From Treponema sp. (GTDB lineage Bacteria; Spirochaetota; Spirochaetia; Treponematales; Treponemataceae), in NCBI GenBank assembly GCA_012520945.1, contig JAAYNH010000010.1, forward strand, positions 33,752 to 57,751: a DNA stretch of 24,000 nucleotides, written 5' to 3'. Of this stretch, positions 16,991-24,000 are shown one piece after another; the first letter of the stretch is position 1; every line of letters begins with the position of its first letter. The notes beneath the pieces were generated by a model, which was not told the origin of the DNA, made no database searches, and saw only the letters and a program-made list of their open reading frames with translations. Position numbers and translations under genes: made by a program.

Positions 16991-18367
16991 ATGGATTTTT
17001 CAGCTACAAATAATGAACTTTGGAACCCAATTGTTCAATTTGGAACTATTGCGGCCTTGATTCTTTTATCAAATGTAATTCGGCTAAAGGTTCCTTTCGT
17101 AAAAAAAACTTTAATGCCAACTGCAGTTTTAGCAGGATTTATTTTACTTTTATTAAAAAGTAAAAACATTGTTAAAATGGATAGTGCGTTTTTGGATATG
17201 CTTACATATCACGGTATAGCTTTAGGTTTTATAGCCATGTCACTTCGTATTCAAAAACAAACAGGTTCAAAAAAAGTTGCTCGCGTTGCAACAAAAAGCG
17301 GTGCCTTAATTGTGAGCACATATATGGTCCAAGCGGTTGTAGGTTTGTCAATTACTTTGTTTTTAGCTTTTACATTTATGCCGAATTTATTTAAAGCATC
17401 GGGCATTCTTTTACCGATGGGTTTTGGACAAGGACCGGGGCAGGCGAATAATGTCGGTTCGGCTTATGAATCACTAGGTTTTGTTGGAGGAAAAAGTTTC
17501 GGGCTTGCAATTGCGGCAATGGGTTATCTTGTTGCTTGTGTTGTTGGTGTAATTTATTTAAATATACTTATTAGAAAAAAGAAATATGAAAGAAGCGATA
17601 AATCTGAAATATTCGGTTCCGTAACTATAGATACATTTCAAGATGACGGCGAAATTCCAATTGCCAGTTCTATTGATAAATTTTCCATTCAGTGTGCTTT
17701 AGTACTTTTAGTTTATCTTATCAGTTTTTTAATTTTGAAAGCCATAAGTTTTCTTTTGGAAAAATATTTACCGGGAGTTGCATCAACTGTAGTGCCACTT
17801 TTGTGGGGTTTTAATTTTATTTTTGGTTCATTATTTGCTATTCTTGTTCGTTTTATAATTTCACGGTTACGTAAAACAAAAGTTATGAATAGACAATATC
17901 AAAATAATTATTTACTTTCGCGTATTTCAGGTTTTGCATTTGATATAATGATTATTGCAGGAATTGCGTCAATTGATTTTGGTGACATTACTCATTTGTG
18001 GATTCCGTTTGTGTTGATGTCTATTTTTGGTACAATTATTACATTTATATATCTTAAATTTATGTGTAATAAAATTTATCCTGAATATTCTGAAGAAGGT
18101 TTTGTTTCAATGTTCGGTATGCTTACAGGAACAATAAGCTCCGGTATTTTATTGGTACGAGAAATTGATAGCGAATTTAAAACACCTGCGGCTAATAATT
18201 TAGTTTCAGGAAGTGGTACAGGTATTGCTTTCGGTGCTCCGGTTTTAATTTTAATTGGGCTTGCTCCAAAATCAACAACTATGACATTTATGGTTCTAGG
18301 TTTAGCTACTGTATATCTTGTTATTTTAATGAGCATTATTTTTGCATTAAATAAAAAGGATTATTAA
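16991..18367 (+). CDS. Polytopic membrane transporter, sodium/glutamate symporter (GltS/ESS)-like
   Basis: Start trimmed to ATG 16991, with GGGAGGA at 16973-16979. About 10+ hydrophobic spans. GFGQGPGQA and MFGMLTGTISSG resemble the two pseudo-symmetric GltS re-entrant motifs (GGHGTGAA / GFGLGATP). The assignment is by eye only. Confidence 0.55.
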   Translation: MDFSATNNELWNPIVQFGTIAALILLSNVIRLKVPFVKKTLMPTAVLAGFILLLLKSKNIVKMDSAFLDMLTYHGIALGFIAMSLRIQKQTGSKKVARVATKSGALIVSTYMVQAVVGLSITLFLAFTFMPNLFKASGILLPMGFGQGPGQANNVGSAYESLGFVGGKSFGLAIAAMGYLVACVVGVIYLNILIRKKKYERSDKSEIFGSVTIDTFQDDGEIPIASSIDKFSIQCALVLLVYLISFLILKAISFLLEKYLPGVASTVVPLLWGFNFIFGSLFAILVRFIISRLRKTKVMNRQYQNNYLLSRISGFAFDIMIIAGIASIDFGDITHLWIPFVLMSIFGTIITFIYLKFMCNKIYPEYSEEGFVSMFGMLTGTISSGILLVREIDSEFKTPAANNLVSGSGTGIAFGAPVLILIGLAPKSTTMTFMVLGLATVYLVILMSIIFALNKKDY

Positions 18368-18369
18368 AA

Positions 18370-19350
18370 ATGCTTTCCATTAAAAACTTAAAAAAACGAT
18401 TTAATCTTGAAGCCGGTTTTTTTGCTAAAACAGGGCAATATGTTTATGCGGTGAATGATGTTTCTTTTGAAGTTGCAGATAATGAAACGTATGGCTTAGT
18501 CGGAGAAAGTGGTTGTGGCAAATCTACAACTGCACGTCTCATTGTCAAAATGTATGAACCGGACAGTGGTGAAATAATTTTTAATGGACAAAACGTAAGG
18601 AAACTTTCCGGTCGTGCCTTAAAAGAATATCGAGAACGAGTGAAATATATCTTTCAAGATCCTGCAAAAAGCCTTAATCCGCGTATGAGTATTTTTGAAA
18701 TTTTAACTTGCGGACTTAGATATTCTAAAAAATGGCAAGGCAAACAAAAAGCACGTGAGCTTGCCGGAAAAATTTTGTGTGAAGTTGGTTTAACAGAGGC
18801 GGATTTGGACAGAAGACCAAGTGAATTTTCCGGTGGTCAGCGACAACGAATTTCTATTGCACGAGCTTTACTAATGGAACCTGAGTTTTTAATTTGTGAT
18901 GAAGTAGTTTCGGCTTTGGACGTTTCCATTCAAGGACAAATATTAAATCTACTTCAAGAAATTCGACAAAATCGTAAATTGTCAATGCTTTTTATTACTC
19001 ATGATTTGAAAGTGTCTTGTTATTTTTGTGATAGAATTGGTGTGATGTATAATGGTGTTTTAATGGAAGAAGCTAATGCAAAAGATTTGTATAAAATTGC
19101 AAAACATCCTTATACAAAATTGCTTTTTGCCAGTGTGGCAGGTGAAAAAAAATCAGATACGGTTTTGCATAACGGAGAAAAATTATCAAAGGCACAAGAA
19201 GTAAAAATTGCAAAAAGCACACTCACTGCCTGTCCTTTTGTAGAGCGATGTAAAAAAGCAAAAACAAGCTGTAGCATGGAAATGCCACAGCTTGTTCAAA
19301 TTGCACCGGGACATAAAGTTCGTTGTAGTGAACTTCAGATAAATGATTAG
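18370..19350 (+). CDS. oppF: Oligopeptide/dipeptide ABC transporter ATP-binding protein, OppF type
   Basis: AAAGGA SD, with the ATG 2 nt after the upstream stop. [54 protein letters not shown]-terminal Cys4 tail. Confidence 0.87.
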   Translation: MLSIKNLKKRFNLEAGFFAKTGQYVYAVNDVSFEVADNETYGLVGESGCGKSTTARLIVKMYEPDSGEIIFNGQNVRKLSGRALKEYRERVKYIFQDPAKSLNPRMSIFEILTCGLRYSKKWQGKQKARELAGKILCEVGLTEADLDRRPSEFSGGQRQRISIARALLMEPEFLICDEVVSALDVSIQGQILNLLQEIRQNRKLSMLFITHDLKVSCYFCDRIGVMYNGVLMEEANAKDLYKIAKHPYTKLLFASVAGEKKSDTVLHNGEKLSKAQEVKIAKSTLTACPFVERCKKAKTSCSMEMPQLVQIAPGHKVRCSELQIND

Positions 19351-21353
19351 TCCTCTTTAGATAAATTATTTACTGCATCAATAATTTCCTTGAATTCGGT
19401 TGCTTCCATAACTTCGTTTTCAAGCAAACGATTTGCAACGTAATCAAGGACTTCTTTTTTGCTTTTTAACAAATCTAATACAGTTTCATATCTGTCATTA
19501 ATTATTCGTGCAATTTCCGCATCAACATAGTTTTGTGTTTCTTCGGAATATTCGCGCACTAATTTTGGTTCTTCGCTACCATAGCCACCGCCACGTTTGC
19601 TTAATACAACGTTTTTGAATTTATCACTCATTCCATAGTCCGTAATCATGCGGCGAGCAATATCTGTTGCTCGTTGTAAATCATTTGCTGCACCTGTAGA
19701 AATTTGTCCGAATTGGATTTGTTCTGCAGCACGACCACCAAGTAATGTATCAATCTCATTTGTTAAATCTGTTTTCGTATATAAAAAGCGATCTTCATCC
19801 GGACGCTGCAATGTATAACCTAACGCGTGTGAACCACGAGGAATGATGCTGATTTTGTGAACTTTGTCAGTGCCTTGCGTAAAAGCCGCAGTTAAAGCGT
19901 GTCCGGTTTCATGCCATGCAATGATTTTTCGTTCATTTTCACGTACAACGCGACTTTTTTTCTGTAGTCCAGCAATTGTTTTTTCAACGGCTTCATCAAA
20001 GTCTTCCATTGAAACAAGTTTGCGTCCTGCACGAACGGCCAAAAGTGCCGCCTCATTTACAATATTCGCCAAATCCGCACCAGAAAAGCCCGTTGTCGCG
20101 TGAGCAACGTTTTCAAAATTAACATCTTTGCCAATTTTTACATTTTTAGCATGTAATTCCAATATGGCTTTTCTACCAATAAAATCAGGCGGATCCACAA
20201 CAACTTGTCTGTCAAAACGCCCTGGACGCAAAAGGGCAGGATCCAAAACATCGGAACGGTTAGTTGCGGCAAGCAAAATCAAACCGCGTTCATTGTCAAA
20301 ACCGTCCATTTCAACAAGTAATTGGTTTAATGTTTGTTCTCTTTCATCATTGCCACCCAAACTGTTCATGCGACTTTTTCCTATTGCGTCCAACTCATCA
20401 ATAAAAATTATACAAGGTGCTTTTTCACGAGCTTGCTTAAATAAATCGCGAACACGAGAAGCTCCAACGCCTACAAACATTTCAACAAAATCGGAACCTG
20501 AAATGCTAAAAAACGGAACGCCGGCTTCTCCTGCAACTGCACGTGCCAATAAAGTTTTTCCCGTTCCTGGCGGTCCCACAAGTAATACACCTTTTGGAAT
20601 ACGTCCACCAATGTCAGTATATTTTTGAGGTGCTTTTAAAAAATCAACAATTTCGATTAGCTCTTCTTTTGCTTCGTCAACGCCGGCTACATCGGAAAAT
20701 CTGGTTTTGACTTGGTTTTCGTCAACAGCATTATGACGTGATTGTCCTGCTGCAAAAATGCTACCCATTCCACCGAGTCCGCTACCCATTTTTTTAAACA
20801 TAAAGCGCCACATCAAAAATAAAATACCAAAAGGCACAACCCAGCTTAAAAATATGTCAAGTAAAAAATTATTTTGTTTTGGTACAATTCTGTATTCAAA
20901 ACCAAGTTGTGTTTTTGATTGTTCATCAAGAATATCTAAAAATTTTTGAGTTAAAATTCCATATGTTTTATCAGGTTTGCTTCCAACCGTGTTTTTTCTG
21001 AAAGACATAAGAGAACTAACATTGTCCGTTTGTGCTGAAGATGAAGTTCCATGTGCATATCCAAAAAAAATATTTTCACTTAATTCAACTTTTTCATATT
21101 TCCCCGCTCTAACATTTTCAACAAATAGAGAAAGAGGAATTGAATCATTGCCGGTGAAAAAAGAAGAAAAATTTAATAAAACAATAAGTACACCTAATGC
21201 TGAAATAATAAAAAAAAGGCGTTTTATAGATTTACGTTTTTCATCATCGTTCTTATTGTTATTTTCCGATGGTTCTGCGGATAACTTGAAAAAATCGAAA
21301 GGATCGTTTTCATCCTTTTTTTTCTTGTTATCGTCAATATTTTTATCGCTCAT
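19347..21353 (-). CDS. ftsH: ATP-dependent zinc metalloprotease FtsH
   Basis: Start trimmed to ATG 21353; the track start at 21380 is a TTG inside the promoter. Two TM helices, Walker [12 protein letters not shown], Walker B IIFIDELD, second region of homology (SRH) [19 protein letters not shown], zinc site HETGHAL. Confidence 0.97.
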   Translation of the reverse strand: MSDKNIDDNKKKKDENDPFDFFKLSAEPSENNNKNDDEKRKSIKRLFFIISALGVLIVLLNFSSFFTGNDSIPLSLFVENVRAGKYEKVELSENIFFGYAHGTSSSAQTDNVSSLMSFRKNTVGSKPDKTYGILTQKFLDILDEQSKTQLGFEYRIVPKQNNFLLDIFLSWVVPFGILFLMWRFMFKKMGSGLGGMGSIFAAGQSRHNAVDENQVKTRFSDVAGVDEAKEELIEIVDFLKAPQKYTDIGGRIPKGVLLVGPPGTGKTLLARAVAGEAGVPFFSISGSDFVEMFVGVGASRVRDLFKQAREKAPCIIFIDELDAIGKSRMNSLGGNDEREQTLNQLLVEMDGFDNERGLILLAATNRSDVLDPALLRPGRFDRQVVVDPPDFIGRKAILELHAKNVKIGKDVNFENVAHATTGFSGADLANIVNEAALLAVRAGRKLVSMEDFDEAVEKTIAGLQKKSRVVRENERKIIAWHETGHALTAAFTQGTDKVHKISIIPRGSHALGYTLQRPDEDRFLYTKTDLTNEIDTLLGGRAAEQIQFGQISTGAANDLQRATDIARRMITDYGMSDKFKNVVLSKRGGGYGSEEPKLVREYSEETQNYVDAEIARIINDRYETVLDLLKSKKEVLDYVANRLLENEVMEATEFKEIIDAVNNLSKED

Positions 21354-21359
21354 AATATA

Positions 21360-21388
21360 AGTATACAAAATTAAATACAAATTGACAA
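21360..21388 (-). promoter_or_regulatory. Sigma-70 promoter positioned for a leaderless ftsH transcript
   Basis: On the minus strand: TTGTCA (21388-21383), 17-nt spacer, TATACT (21365-21360), 6 nt (tatatt), ATG at 21353. No SD. Confidence 0.6.
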
Positions 21389-21410
21389 CAAGTTATTATC
21401 GTGTTAATCT
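21382..21410 (+). promoter_or_regulatory. Sigma-70 extended -10 promoter for the C11 lipoprotein gene, abutting its GTG start
   Basis: TTGACA (21382-21387), 17-nt spacer ending in TGt, TAATCT (21405-21410), 6 nt, GTG at 21417. Its -35 overlaps the ftsH -35 on the opposite strand. Confidence 0.55.
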
Positions 21411-21416
21411 TAGCTG

Positions 21417-22922
21417 GTGAATAAACTAATTTCCTTAGTATTATCTTGTTTTCTTTTTACATCTTGTATGTTTTTTGATTTGCCTTATGAAAAATCAAAA
21501 GAGTGGACTTTAATGTTTTATTTGGCAGGAGATAGCAATAATATCGAAAGTTGTTTGCTTGATAATGTTTGGCAAATGAAAATGGGATACAGTGGTGGCT
21601 GTAATGTAATTATTCTTTTTGATGGAAAAGATCCGAACGCTGGAAATAAAGTAAGCCTTTTTGACGCTTCATATGAAGTTTTGTATGAAAGAGCTTTTGG
21701 TGAATATTTTGTTGGTTCAGCAATGTTTAGAATGGAAAAAACCGGAGCTGTACGAATTTATGGAGATAATGATTTTTCTGAAATGGCGGGCGATGAAATA
21801 AAATTAAATATGGGTGATCCGTTAATTTTGGAAAAATTTTTAAGTTATTCAAAAAGAAATTATCCTGCAAAAAAATATGCTTTGTTTGTTGGAACACATG
21901 GTACAGGTAGTGACAATGATAATAATTGGAACTCATCATTAATTGACGAAAAAAATAACAAAACATTGTTTTTACCATTGTATGCTTTTAGTAGTGATGA
22001 TTCGGGTTTAGGAGAGCCTGATGATGGAGAATGGGATTATATTACCTTGTCTGAAATTGAAGAAATCGGCAAAAATTTACCGGTACCTAAATTAGATCTT
22101 TTTGTTTTAGACGTTTGTTATATGGCAAATTATGAATTTTTGTGCCAAGTTTATGCCAATGAATATTTAAAACCGGATTATTTTGTTTCATGCCCTTCAG
22201 AACAAGGTATTTTCGGTATGAATTATAAAGATATTTTGCGTTATCTGAATCCGCTTTGGAATAAAAATGTTAATGCACGTGATTTTGCACAATACATTGT
22301 TGATATTTACTATGAATATACAATTAATAATCCGGAAAAGTGGACAAGTATTGCTAATGGTGGGGACTATGCAAATAAACAAACAATTACTGCAGTTGAG
22401 GGTGCAAAATTACAAGATTTGAAAAATGCATTGGACAGTTTTGCAACGCAAATTCACCAAGACAATAGGATTAAAGATTTTCATGATTTGAGTTGGCATA
22501 ATTTGAACAGGAACGGTGTTTTATACTATTTTCCTGATAATGAAGTTGCTAAAAATGCATTTCCATATTTTGATATTTATGATATGGCTTATAGAGTTTC
22601 AAAAAACCAAATTTTTACCGAAGTAAAGGAAAAAGCATTAGATGTTTGTTCTGCATGTGATGCTGCAGTTTTACGCAGTTATACCGGAAATTTATATTAT
22701 GGAAAAAATGATGAAGCCGGTGATTTTAGTTTTGAAAGACCGGTTCCTCATGCAACGGGAATATCTATCTTTTTCCCGCGTTCCCAAAAATATTTTTCAT
22801 GGCAATCAACATATGATAAAATTTGGACTTCAAGATATTCTGATGATTATTTTATTGATTTTGAAAACAATCCAACGGGACATGCCAGAAATTGGTATGA
22901 ATTATTAAAAGAAATTGACTAA
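21417..22922 (+). CDS. Clostripain-like (peptidase family C11) cysteine protease lipoprotein
   Basis: GTG start with an in-frame TAG two codons upstream. Signal and lipobox MNKLISLVLSCFLFTSC. C11-type pattern EWTLMFYLAGDSNN, catalytic-His context ALFVGTHGTGS, and catalytic-Cys context DLFVLDVCYMANYE. Confidence 0.7.
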   Translation: MNKLISLVLSCFLFTSCMFFDLPYEKSKEWTLMFYLAGDSNNIESCLLDNVWQMKMGYSGGCNVIILFDGKDPNAGNKVSLFDASYEVLYERAFGEYFVGSAMFRMEKTGAVRIYGDNDFSEMAGDEIKLNMGDPLILEKFLSYSKRNYPAKKYALFVGTHGTGSDNDNNWNSSLIDEKNNKTLFLPLYAFSSDDSGLGEPDDGEWDYITLSEIEEIGKNLPVPKLDLFVLDVCYMANYEFLCQVYANEYLKPDYFVSCPSEQGIFGMNYKDILRYLNPLWNKNVNARDFAQYIVDIYYEYTINNPEKWTSIANGGDYANKQTITAVEGAKLQDLKNALDSFATQIHQDNRIKDFHDLSWHNLNRNGVLYYFPDNEVAKNAFPYFDIYDMAYRVSKNQIFTEVKEKALDVCSACDAAVLRSYTGNLYYGKNDEAGDFSFERPVPHATGISIFFPRSQKYFSWQSTYDKIWTSRYSDDYFIDFENNPTGHARNWYELLKEID

Positions 22923-22928
22923 AATTTC

Positions 22929-22955
22929 TAAAGTGATTTTTTTATATACCGATAA
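22929..22955 (+). promoter_or_regulatory. Sigma-28 (FliA) class flagellar promoter upstream of fliS
   Basis: TAAAGTGA (22929-22936), 11 nt, ACCGATAA (22948-22955). The enterobacterial consensus is TAAAGTTT-N11-GCCGATAA. The SD GGGAGGA (22976-22982) and the fliS ATG at 22987 follow. Confidence 0.75.
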
Positions 22956-22986
22956 TAATATGAAGATAAAATTTAGGGAGGACTTT

Positions 22987-23424
22987 ATGGCGTATAATCA
23001 AGCATTTAATGCATATAAAAAAACAGGGGTGCAAACCGCCAGTCGCGGTAAATTAGTTGTTATGCTTTATGACGAAGCTGTAAAACAATTAACTTTTGCA
23101 TTGTCAAATTTTGTAAATAACAAAGTACCTCCTAAAAATATTGAAAAATTAAATGCAAATATTTTGAAAAGTCAAGAAATTATTACTGAATTGATGGTTT
23201 CCTTGGACATGACAAACGGCGGTTCGGAAATTGCAAAAAACTTACTTTCGTTATATACATATTTTAATTCGGAATTACTTGATGCAAATATAAATCATAA
23301 TAAAGATAAAATTAGTTTTGTTTTAAGTATGATGGATGAATTACGCGGTGCATGGATTCAAGCGGAAAAAACAACGTCAACTCCTGTAGCGGATATGCAA
23401 CATAGTATTAATATTTCCGGTTAA
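22987..23424 (+). CDS. fliS: Flagellin-specific export chaperone FliS
   Basis: Start trimmed to ATG 22987 with a strong SD. MAYNQAFNAYKKTGVQTAS..KLVVMLYDEAVKQL, ILKSQEIITELMVSLDMTNGGEIAKNLLSLYTYFNSELLDAN and ELRGAW all fit the FliS family pattern. Confidence 0.87.
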   Translation: MAYNQAFNAYKKTGVQTASRGKLVVMLYDEAVKQLTFALSNFVNNKVPPKNIEKLNANILKSQEIITELMVSLDMTNGGSEIAKNLLSLYTYFNSELLDANINHNKDKISFVLSMMDELRGAWIQAEKTTSTPVADMQHSINISG

Positions 23425-23449
23425 GTTAGAAAAATAATAATTTTCTAAC
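23425..23449 (+). other. Perfect 9-bp stem-loop between fliS and the downstream gene
   Basis: GTTAGAAAA (23425-23433), loop ataataa, TTTTCTAAC (23441-23449). No U-tract follows, so it is not a canonical terminator. Confidence 0.4.
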
Positions 23450-23490
23450 CTATTAAGCTATTTATCACATATTATATGTAAGGAATTATT

Positions 23491-23970
23491 ATGGCAAGTT
23501 TAGAATTAAGCCAAAAAGAATTAGATGAACGAATCGCTATTTTGACCCGTTGGCGAAGTCTATTACAACAACAACGTGATAAGTTCAGTGAATATTTGAA
23601 AGTGTTGGAAAAACAGCAGATTTCAATTGAAGAAGAAAATCCTGAAAAAATCATGGCTTATACGGAAATTGAACAACAGGTTTTGTCAAGTATAACAAAT
23701 TTGCGTAAAGTTATTTTACCGTTGGAAAAAATGTATACAACAAAAAATGCAAAAGTTAATGATGAAAAAATTCCAAAACTCCAGATTGAATTGGATAATT
23801 TGCAAAAAAAAGTGATTGTGCAAAATGAAAAAAATCGTGAATTGCTAAAAGCACATATGAACCAAATTCGTTCACAACTTCAAAGCATTAAAAATCCGTA
23901 TCGTAATGCACGTTCTGTTTATGCATCGCAAAATGCACCTACAAGTTCAATTGTGGATATTATGGTTTAA
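23491..23970 (+). CDS. Helical/coiled-coil protein, 159 aa; possible flagellar export chaperone (FliT/FlgN-like by position)
   Basis: AAGGA SD. Heptad-like, Gln/Glu/Lys-rich sequence (LLQQQRDKFSEYLKVLEKQQISIEEE...). Sits immediately downstream of fliS, where fliT lies in enteric bacteria and Bacillus. No diagnostic motif. Confidence 0.45.
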   Translation: MASLELSQKELDERIAILTRWRSLLQQQRDKFSEYLKVLEKQQISIEEENPEKIMAYTEIEQQVLSSITNLRKVILPLEKMYTTKNAKVNDEKIPKLQIELDNLQKKVIVQNEKNRELLKAHMNQIRSQLQSIKNPYRNARSVYASQNAPTSSIVDIMV

Positions 23971-23972
23971 GA

Positions 23973-24000
23973 GAAGGAGCACTAAGTGCTTCTTTTTTTT
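23973..24000 (+). terminator. Rho-independent terminator ending the fliS operon
   Basis: 9-bp stem AAGGAGCAC (23974-23982) / GTGCTTCTT (23986-23994) with one G-U pair and a 3-nt loop. A T-run continues to the window end. Confidence 0.75.

Noticed and set aside
20128-20628. 166-aa ORF antisense to ftsH
   Set aside because: It lies entirely inside the highly conserved AAA+ domain coding region. Its Ser/Arg/Pro-rich low-complexity translation is typical of a shadow frame. It has no SD or promoter.
1-24000. Search for CRISPR arrays, tRNA or other RNA genes, IS elements, integrases, prophage or toxin-antitoxin pairs
   Set aside because: The longest noncoding gaps are about 125 bp (1533-1657, explained by a terminator plus a promoter) and about 106 bp (14258-14363). 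I saw no repeat-spacer periodicity, cloverleaf-sized conserved segment or transposase/integrase-like ORF.

Overview
Dense, AT-rich chromosomal segment (roughly one-third GC by eye, not computed). I call 20 protein-coding genes in five alternating strand blocks. Block 1 (+): glyA, nadE, a CrtI-like FAD oxidoreductase, then nitroreductase / DNA methyltransferase / creD. Block 2 (-): miaB, a LapA-like small membrane protein, an exported helical-repeat protein, then oppA-oppB-oppC-oppD. Block 3 (+): a PlsC-family acyltransferase, a GltS-like symporter and oppF. Block 4 (-): ftsH. Block 5 (+): a C11 clostripain-like lipoprotein, then fliS and a helical FliT/FlgN-like protein. Spirochaete-style lipoboxes (LTSC, FTSC), flagellar genes and the low GC suggest a low-GC spirochaete-like organism, but this is low-confidence inference. 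I found no rRNA, tRNA, CRISPR array, transposase, integrase, long repeat or noncoding gap over about 125 bp. I see no convincing new multi-gene system; this looks like core housekeeping DNA. Five observations deserve a second look. (1) The NadE glutaminase domain has lost its catalytic Lys and Cys. (2) Operon-first genes (nadE, the FAD oxidoreductase, the acyltransferase, ftsH, the C11 lipoprotein) repeatedly sit 6-8 nt downstream of a -10 box with no Shine-Dalgarno (SD), implying leaderless mRNAs. One 63-bp divergent region has overlapping -35 hexamers. (3) An orphan beta-class DNA methyltransferase is translationally coupled (ATGA) to creD. (4) The opp system is split, with oppF about 9 kb away on the other strand in an unrelated operon. 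(5) A near-consensus sigma-28 promoter sits in front of fliS. Seven ORF-track starts were trimmed to better-supported downstream starts.
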